Shown here one piece after another: positions 54,201 to 64,000 of a DNA stretch of 64,000 bases. The notes under the pieces are model-generated. The model did not search any database. It had not been told where the DNA came from and was given only the letters and a program-made list of their open reading frames with translations. The stretch is taken from the NCBI GenBank assembly GCA_964016885.1, contig OZ024744.1:115320001-115384000 (forward strand). The letters run 5' to 3'. Position 1 is the first letter of the stretch, and every line of letters starts with the position of its first letter. The translations under genes and the position numbers were made by a program. Source of the DNA: Eledone cirrhosa. Its lineage: Eukaryota.

Positions 54201-57200
54201 ATAGCTTCATTTCTCTCCAGTCTCTATATAACCTCTACGTTAACTACCCATGTCTCACTACCATGTAACATTACATCAGATGTCCATTGAAACATGTTAG
54301 CTTCATTTCTCTCCAGTCTCTATATAACCTCCACATCAACTACCTCTGTCTCACTACCATGTAACATTACATCAGATGTCCATTGAAACATGCTAGCTTC
54401 ATGTCTCTCCAGTCTATATATAACCTCTACATTAACTACCCATGTCTCACCACCATGTAACATTGCATCAGATGTCCATTGAAACATGCTAGCATCATTT
54501 CTCTCCAGTCTCTCCATATGACCTCTACACTAAATTCCTCTGTCTCACTTCCATGTAACATTACATCAGATGTCCATTGAAACATGTTAGCTTCATGTCT
54601 CTCCAGTCTCTATATAACCTCTACAGTAACTACTCATGTCATATTACCATGTAACATTACATCAGATGTCTATTGAAACATGCTAGCTTCATGTCTCTCC
54701 AGTCTCTATATAACCTCTACATTAACTACCCATGTCTCACTACCATGTAACATTACATCAGATGTCCATTGACACATGCTAGCTTCATTTCTCTCCAGTC
54801 TCTATATAACCTCTACATTAACTACTCATGTCTCACTACCATGTAACATTACATCAGATGTCCATTGAAACATGCTAGCTTCATGTCCCTCCAGTCTCTA
54901 TATAACCTCTACATTAACTACCCATGTCTCACTACCATGTAACACTACATCAGATGTCCATTGACACATGCTAGCTTCATTTCTCTCAAGTCTCTGTATA
55001 ACCTCTACATTAACTACTCATGTCTCACTACCATGTAATATTACATCAGATCTCCATTATAACATGCTAGCTTCATATCTCCCCAGTCTCTATATAACCT
55101 CTACAGTAACTACCCATGTCTCACTACCATGTAACACTACATCACAGGGCCATTGAAACATGCTAAGGTCATTACACTCCAGTCTCTGTATAGCCTCTAC
55201 ATTAACTACCCATGTCTCACTACCATGTAACATTACATCAGATGTCCATTGAAACATGCTAGCTTCATGTCTCTCCAGTCTCTATATAACCTCTACATTA
55301 GCTACCCATGTCTCTCTACCATGTAACATTACATCAGATGTCCATTGAAACATGCTAGCTTCATTTCTGTCCAGTCTCTATATAACCTCTACATTAACTA
55401 CCCATGTCTCACTACCATGTAATGTTACATCAGATGTCCATTGAAACATGCTAGCTTCATTTCTCTCCAGTCTCTATATAACCTCTACATTAACTACCAT
55501 GTCTCACTACCATGTAATGTTACATCAGATGTCCATTGAGACATGCTAGGTTCATTTCTCTCTCGTCTCTATATAACCTCTACATTAATTACCCATATCT
55601 CACTACCATGTAACACTACATCAGATGTCCATTGTAACATGCTAGCTTCATGTCTCTCCAGTCTCTATATAACCTCTACATTAACTACCCATGTCACACT
55701 ACCATGTAACATTACATCAGATGTTTATTGAAACATGTTAGCTTCACTTCTATCTTGTCTCTATATAACCTCTACATTAACTACCCATGTCTCACTACCA
55801 TGTAACATTACATCAGATGTCTATTGAAACATGCTAGCTTCATTTCTCTCCAGTCTTTATATAACCTCAACATTAACTACCCATGTCTCACCACCATGTA
55901 ACATTACATCAGATTTCCATTGAAGCATGCTAGCTTCATTTCTCTCCAGTCTTTATTTAACCTCTACATTAACTACCCATGTCTCACTACCATGTAACAT
56001 TACATCAGATGTCCATTGAAACGTGTTAGCTTCATTTCTCTCCAGTCTCTATATAACCTCCACATCACCTACCGCTGTCTCACTACCATGTAACATTACA
56101 TCAGATGTCCATTGAAACATGCTAGCTTCACTTCTCTCCAGTTTCTATATAACCTCTACAGTAACAACCCATGTCTCACTACCATGTAACATTACATCAC
56201 AGGGACTTTAAAACATGCTAGCTTCATTTCTCTCCAGTCTCTATATAACCTCTACATTAACTACCATGTCTCACTACCATGTAACATTACATCAGATGTC
56301 TATTGAAACATGCTAGCTTCATTTCTCTCCAGTCTCTATATAACCTCTACATTAACTACTATGTCTCACTACCATGTAACATTATATCAGATGTCCATTG
56401 AAACATGTTAGCTTCATGTCTCTCCAGTCTCTGTATAACCTCTACATTAACTACCCTTGTCTCACTACCATGTAACATTACATAAGATGTCTATTGAAAC
56501 ATGCTAGCTTCATATCTCCCCAGTCTCTATATAACCTCTACATTAACTACCCATGTCTCACTACCATGTAACATTACATCAGATGTCCATTGAAACATGC
56601 TAGCTTCATTTCTCTCCAGTCTCTATATAACCTCTACATTAACTACCCATGTCTCACTACCATGAAACATTACATCAAATGTCCATTGTAACATGCTAGC
56701 TTCATGTCTCTCCAGTCTCTATATAACCTCTACATTAACTACTCATGTCTCACTACCATGTAACATTACATCAGATGTCTATTGAAACATGCTAGCTTCA
56801 TTTCTCTCCAGTCTCTATATAACCTCAACATTAACTACCCATGTCTCACTACCATGTAACATTACATCAGATTTCCATTGAAACATGCTAGCTTCATTTC
56901 TCTCCAGTCTTTATTTAACCTCTACATTAACTACCCATGTCTCACTACCATGTAACATTACATCAGATGTCCATTGAAACATGTTAGCTTCATTTCTCTC
57001 CAGTCTCTATATAACCTCCACATCAACTACCTCTGTCTCACTACCATGTAACATTACATCACAGGGACTTTAAAACATGCTAGCTTCATTTCTCTCCAGT
57101 CTCTATATAACCTCTACAGTAACTACCCATGTCTCACTACCATGTAACATTACATCAGATGTCCATTGCAACATGATAGCTTCATTTCTCTCCAGTCTCT

Positions 57201-60200
57201 ATATAACCTCTACGTTAACTACCCATGTCTCACTACCATGTAACATTACATCAGATGTCCATTGAAACATGTTAGCTTCATTTCTCTCCAGTCTCTATAT
57301 AACCTCCACATCAACTACCTCTGTCTCACTACCATGTAACATTACATCAGATGTCCATTGAAACATGCTAGCTTCATGTCTCTCCAGTCTATATATAACC
57401 TCTACATTAACTACCCATGTCTCACCACCATGTAACATTGCATCAGATGTCCATTGAAACATGCTAGCATCATTTCTCTCCAGTCTCTCCATATGACCTC
57501 TACACTAAATTCCTCTGTCTCACTTCCATGTAACATTACATCAGATGTCCATTGAAACATGTTAGCTTCATGTCTCTCCAGTCTCTATATAACCTCTACA
57601 GTAACTACTCATGTCATATTACCATGTAACATTACATCAGATGTCTATTGAAACATGCTAGCTTCATGTCTCTCCAGTCTCTATATAACCTCTACATTAA
57701 CTACCCATGTCTCACTACCATGTAACATTACATCAGATGTCCATTGACACATGCTAGCTTCATTTCTCTCCAGTCTCTATATAACCTCTACATTAACTAC
57801 TCATGTCTCACTACCATGTAACATTACATCAGATGTCCATTGAAACATGCTAGCTTCATGTCCCTCCAGTCTCTATATAACCTCTACATTAACTACCCAT
57901 GTCTCACTACCATGTAACACTACATCAGATGTCCATTGACACATGCTAGCTTCATTTCTCTCAAGTCTCTGTATAACCTCTACATTAACTACTCATGTCT
58001 CACTACCATGTAATATTACATCAGATCTCCATTATAACATGCTAGCTTCATATCTCCCCAGTCTCTATATAACCTCTACAGTAACTACCCATGTCTCACT
58101 ACCATGTAACACTACATCACAGGGCCATTGAAACATGCTAAGGTCATTACACTCCAGTCTCTGTATAGCCTCTACATTAACTACCCATGTCTCACTACCA
58201 TGTAACATTACATCAGATGTCCATTGAAACATGCTAGCTTCATGTCTCTCCAGTCTCTATATAACCTCTACATTAGCTACCCATGTCTCTCTACCATGTA
58301 ACATTACATCAGATGTCCATTGAAACATGCTAGCTTCATTTCTGTCCAGTCTCTATATAACCTCTACATTAACTACCCATGTCTCACTACCATGTAATGT
58401 TACATCAGATGTCCATTGAAACATGCTAGCTTCATTTCTCTCCAGTCTCTATATAACCTCTACATTAACTACCATGTCTCACTACCATGTAATGTTACAT
58501 CAGATGTCCATTGAGACATGCTAGGTTCATTTCTCTCTCGTCTCTATATAACCTCTACATTAATTACCCATATCTCACTACCATGTAACACTACATCAGA
58601 TGTCCATTGTAACATGCTAGCTTCATGTCTCTCCAGTCTCTATATAACCTCTACATTAACTACCCATGTCACACTACCATGTAACATTACATCAGATGTT
58701 TATTGAAACATGTTAGCTTCACTTCTATCTTGTCTCTATATAACCTCTACATTAACTACCCATGTCTCACTACCATGTAACATTACATCAGATGTCTATT
58801 GAAACATGCTAGCTTCATTTCTCTCCAGTCTTTATATAACCTCAACATTAACTACCCATGTCTCACCACCATGTAACATTACATCAGATTTCCATTGAAG
58901 CATGCTAGCTTCATTTCTCTCCAGTCTTTATTTAACCTCTACATTAACTACCCATGTCTCACTACCATGTAACATTACATCAGATGTCCATTGAAACGTG
59001 TTAGCTTCATTTCTCTCCAGTCTCTATATAACCTCCACATCACCTACCGCTGTCTCACTACCATGTAACATTACATCAGATGTCCATTGAAACATGCTAG
59101 CTTCACTTCTCTCCAGTTTCTATATAACCTCTACAGTAACAACCCATGTCTCACTACCATGTAACATTACATCACAGGGACTTTAAAACATGCTAGCTTC
59201 ATTTCTCTCCAGTCTCTATATAACCTTTACATTAACTACCTCTGTCTCACTACCATGTAAGATTACATAAGATGTCCATTATAACATGCTAGCTTCATGT
59301 CTCTCTAGTCTCTATATAACCTCTACATTAACTACTCATGTCACACTACCATTTAACATTACATCAGATGTCCATTGAAACATGCTAGCTTCATTTCTCT
59401 CCAGTCTCTATATAACCTCTACATTAACTACCATGTCTCACTACCATGTAACATTACATCAGATGTCTATTGAAACATGCTAGCTTCATTTCTCTCCAGT
59501 CTCTATATAACCTCTACATTAACTACTATGTCTCACTACCATGTAACATTATATCAGATGTCCATTGAAACATGTTAGCTTCATGTCTCTCCAGTCTCTG
59601 TATAACCTCTACATTAACTACCCTTGTCTCACTACCATGTAACATTACATAAGATGTCTATTGAAACATGCTAGCTTCATATCTCCCCAGTCTCTATATA
59701 ACCTCTACATTAACTACCCATGTCTCACTACCATGTAACATTACATCAGATGTCCATTGAAACATGCTAGCTTCATTTCTCTCCAGTCTCTATATAACCT
59801 CTACATTAACTACCCATGTCTCACTACCATGAAACATTACATCAAATGTCCATTGTAACATGCTAGCTTCATGTCTCTCCAGTCTCTATATAACCTCTAC
59901 ATTAACTATCCATGTCTCACTACCATGTAACATTACATCAGATGTTCATTGAAACATGCTAGCTTCATTTCTCTCCAGTCTCTATATAACCTCTACATTA
60001 ACTACCCATGTCTCACTACCATGTAACACTACATCACCGGGCCGTTGAAACATACTAGCTTCATTTCTCTCCAGACTTTCTATAACCTCTACATTAACTA
60101 CCCATATATCACTACCATGTAAAATTACATCAGATGTCCATTGAAACATGCTAGCTTCATTTCTCTCTAGTCTCTCTATAACCTCTACATTAACTACCCA

Positions 60201-63200
60201 TGTCTCACTACCATGTAACATTACAGCAGATGTCCATTGAAACATGTTAGCTTCATGTCTCTCCAGTCTCTATATAAGCTCTACATTGACTACTCATGTC
60301 TCTCTACCATGTAACATTACATCAGATGTCCATTGAAACATGTTAGCTTCATATCTCTCCAGTCTCTATATAACCTCTACATTAACTACCCATGTCTCAC
60401 TACAATTTAACATTACATCAGATGTCCATTGAAACATGCTAGCTTCATTACTCTCCAGTCTCTATATAACCTCTATATTAACTACCCATGTCTCACTACC
60501 ATGTAACATTACATCAGATGTCCATTGAAACATGCTACCTTCATTTCTCTCCAGTCTCTATATAACCTTTACATTAACTACCCATGTCTCACTACCATGT
60601 AACATTACATCAGATGTCCATTGAAACATGCTAGCTTCGTTTCTCTCTAGTCTCTCTATAACCTCTACATTAACTACCCATGTCTCACTACCATGTAACA
60701 TTACATCAGATGTCCATTGAAACATGCTAGCTTCATTTCTCTCCGTCTTTATATAACCTCTACATTAACTAACCATGTCTCACTACCATGTAACATTACA
60801 GCAAATGTCCATTGAAACATGTTAGCTTCATGTCTCTCCAGTCTCTATATAACCTCTACATTAACTACCCATGTCTCACTACCATGTAACATTACATCAG
60901 ATGTCCATTGAAACATGTTAGCTTCATTTCTCTCCAGTCTCTGTATAACCTCTACATTAGCTACCCATGTCTCACTACCATGTAACATTACATCAGACGT
61001 CCATTGTAACATGCTAGCTTCATGTCTCTACAGTCTCTATATAACCTCTACAGTAACTACCCATATCTCACTACCATGTAACATTACATCAGATATCCAT
61101 TGAAACATGCTAGCTTCATGTCTCTCCAGTCTCTATATAACCTCTACATTAACTACCCACGTCTCACTACCATGTAACATTACATCAGATGTCCATTGAA
61201 ACATGCTTGCTTCATTTCTCTCCAGTCTCTATATAACCTCTACATTAACTACCCATGTCTCACTACCATGTAACATTACATCAGATGTCCATTGAAACAT
61301 GCTACCTTCATGTCTCTCCAGTCTCTATATAACCTCTCCATTAACTACCCATGTCTCACTACCATGTAACATTACATCAGATGTCCATTGAAACATGCTT
61401 GCTTCATTTCTCTCCAGTCTCTATATAACCTCTACATTAACTACCCATATCTCACTACCATGTAACATTACATCAGATGTCCATTGAAACATGCTAGCTT
61501 CATTTCTCTCCAGTCTCTATATAACCTCTACATTAACTACCCATGTCTCACTACCATGTAACATTACATCAGATGTCCATTGAAACATGCTAGCTTCATT
61601 TCTCTCCAGTCTCTATATAACCTCTACATTACCTACCCATGTCTCACTACCATGTAACATTACATCAGATGTCCATTGACACATGCTAGCTTCATTTCTC
61701 TCCAGTCTCTATATAACCTCTACAGTAACAACCCAGGTCTCACTACCATGTAACATTACATCAGATGTCCATTGAAACATGTTAGCTTCATGTCTCTCAA
61801 GTCTCTACATAACCTCTACATTAACTACCCATGTGTCACTACCATGTAACATTACATCAGATGTCCATTGAAACATGCTAGGTTCATTTCTCTCCAGTCT
61901 CTATATAAACTCTACATTAACTACCCATGTCTCACTAGCATGTAGCATTACATCAGATTCCCATTGAAACATGTTAACTTCACGTCTCTCTAGTCTCCAT
62001 ATAACCTCTACATTAACTACCCATGTCTCACTACCATGTAACATTACATCAGATGTCCACTGAAACATGTTAGCTTCATGTCTCTCCAGTCTCTATATAA
62101 CCTCTACATTAACTACCCATGTCTCACTACCATGTAACATTACATCAGATGTCCATTGAAACATGCTAGCTTCATTTCTCTCCAGTCTCTGTATAACCTC
62201 CACAGTAACTACCCATATTTCACTACCATGTAACATTACATAAGATGTCCATTGAAACATGCTAGCTTCATTTCTCTCCAATCTCTATATAACCTCTACA
62301 TTGACTACCCATGTCTCACTACCATGTAACATTACATCAGATGTCTATTGAAACATGCTAGCCTCATTTCTCTCCAGTCTCTATATAACCTCTACATTAA
62401 CTACCCATGTCTCACTACCATGTAACATTACATCACAGGGCCATTGAAACATGCTAGCTTCATTTCTCTCCAATCTCTATATAACCTCTACATTAACTAC
62501 CCATGTCTCACTACCATGTAACATTACATCACAGGGCCATTGAAACATGCTAGCTTCATTTCTCTCCAGTCTCTATATAACCTCTACAGTAACTACCCAT
62601 ATCTCACTACCATGTAACATTACATCAGATGTCTATTGAAACATGTTAGCTTCATTTCTCCACAGTCTCTATATAACCTCTACATTAACTACCGATATCT
62701 CACTACCATGTAACATTGCATCAGATGTCCATTGAAACATGCTAGCTTCATTTCCCTCCAGTCTCTATGGAACCTCTACATTAACTACTCATGTCTCACT
62801 ACCATGTAACATTACATAAGATGTCCATTGAAACATGCTAGCTTCATGTCTCTCTCGTCTCTATATAACCTCTACATTAACTACCCATGTCTCACTACCA
62901 TGTAACACTACATCAGATGTCTATTGAAACATGCTAGCTTCATTTCTCTCCAGTCTCTATATAACCTCTAGCTTAACTACCCATATCTCACTACCATGTA
63001 ACATTACATCAGATGTCCATTGAAACATGTTAGCTTCATTTCCCTCCAGTCTCTACATAACCTCTACATTAACTACTCATGTCTCACTACCATGTAACAT
63101 TACATAAGATGTCCATTGAAACATGCTAGCTTCATTTCTCTCCAGTCTCTGTATAACCTCTATGTTAACTACCCATGTCTCACTACCATGTAACATTACA

Positions 63201-64000
63201 TCACAGGGCCATTGAAGCATGCTAGCTTCATTTCTCTCCAGTCTCTATATAACCTCTACATTAACTACCCATGTCTCACTACCATGTAACACTACATCAC
63301 AGGGCCATTGAAACATGCTAGCTTCATTTCTCTCCAGTCTCTATATAACCTCTACATTAACTACCCATGTCTCAGTACCATGTAACATTACATCAGATGT
63401 CTATTGAAACATGCTAGCTTCATTTCTATCTTGTCTCTATATAACCTCTACATTAACTACCCATGTCTCACTACCATGTAACATTACATCACAGGGCCAT
63501 TGAAACATGCAAGCTTCATTTCTCTCCAATCTCTATATAACCTCTACATTAACTACCCATGTCTCACTACCATGTAACATTACATCACAGGGCCATTGAA
63601 ACATGTTAGCTTCATTTCTCTCCAGTCTCTATATAACCTCTACACTAACTACCCATGTCTCACTACCAGGTAACATTACATTACAGGGCCATTGAAACAT
63701 GCTAGCTTCATTTCTCTCCAGTCTCTATATAACCTCTACATTAACTACCCATGTCTCACTACCATGTAACATTACATCAGATGTCCATTGAAACATGCTA
63801 GCTTCATGTCTCTCCAGTCTCTATATAACCTCTACATTAACTACCCATGTCTCACTACCATGTAACATTACATTACAAGGCCATTGAAACATGCTAGCTT
63901 CATATCTCTCCAGTCTCTGTATAACCTCTACAGTAACTACCCATGTCTCACTACCATGTAACATTACATTACAGGGACATTGAAACATGCTAGCTTCAAT
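48280..64000 (-). repeat. 96-bp tandem satellite, >160 copies, running off the right edge, derived from the RTE ORF C-terminal domain
   Basis: Period 96 with occasional 95. The minus strand translates MLHGSETWVVNVEVI*RLERNEASMFQWTSDV, versus RTE MLHGSETWALCAEDLRRLERNEACMLRWMCNS at 45373-45468. Confidence 0.97.

Overview
This is eukaryotic (animal) genomic DNA. The repeat content resembles what I recall from coleoid cephalopods, probably an octopus; that taxon call is an inference. The only host gene I can support is four minus-strand coding exons of synergin gamma (SYNRG). They encode the EH-like domain and a DFADF gamma-adaptin-ear motif, and have GT-AG boundaries with consistent phases. About 80% of the window is six tandem arrays inside the SYNRG introns (29, 97, ~29 'CACTAC', 72, 48 and 96 bp units). 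The rest is decayed RTE-clade LINEs, L1/Tx1-type LINE pieces, tRNA-derived SINEs and hairpin MITEs. Most striking, three arrays (97, 96 and 48 bp) are tandem amplifications of three different segments of the same RTE LINE family, and the 72-bp array sits inside a TTAA-flanked piggyBac-like MITE. The 26.6-kb CACTAC array also ends in four inverted blocks with recurring fold-back junctions. The long repeat-derived ORFs in the ORF track are artefacts.
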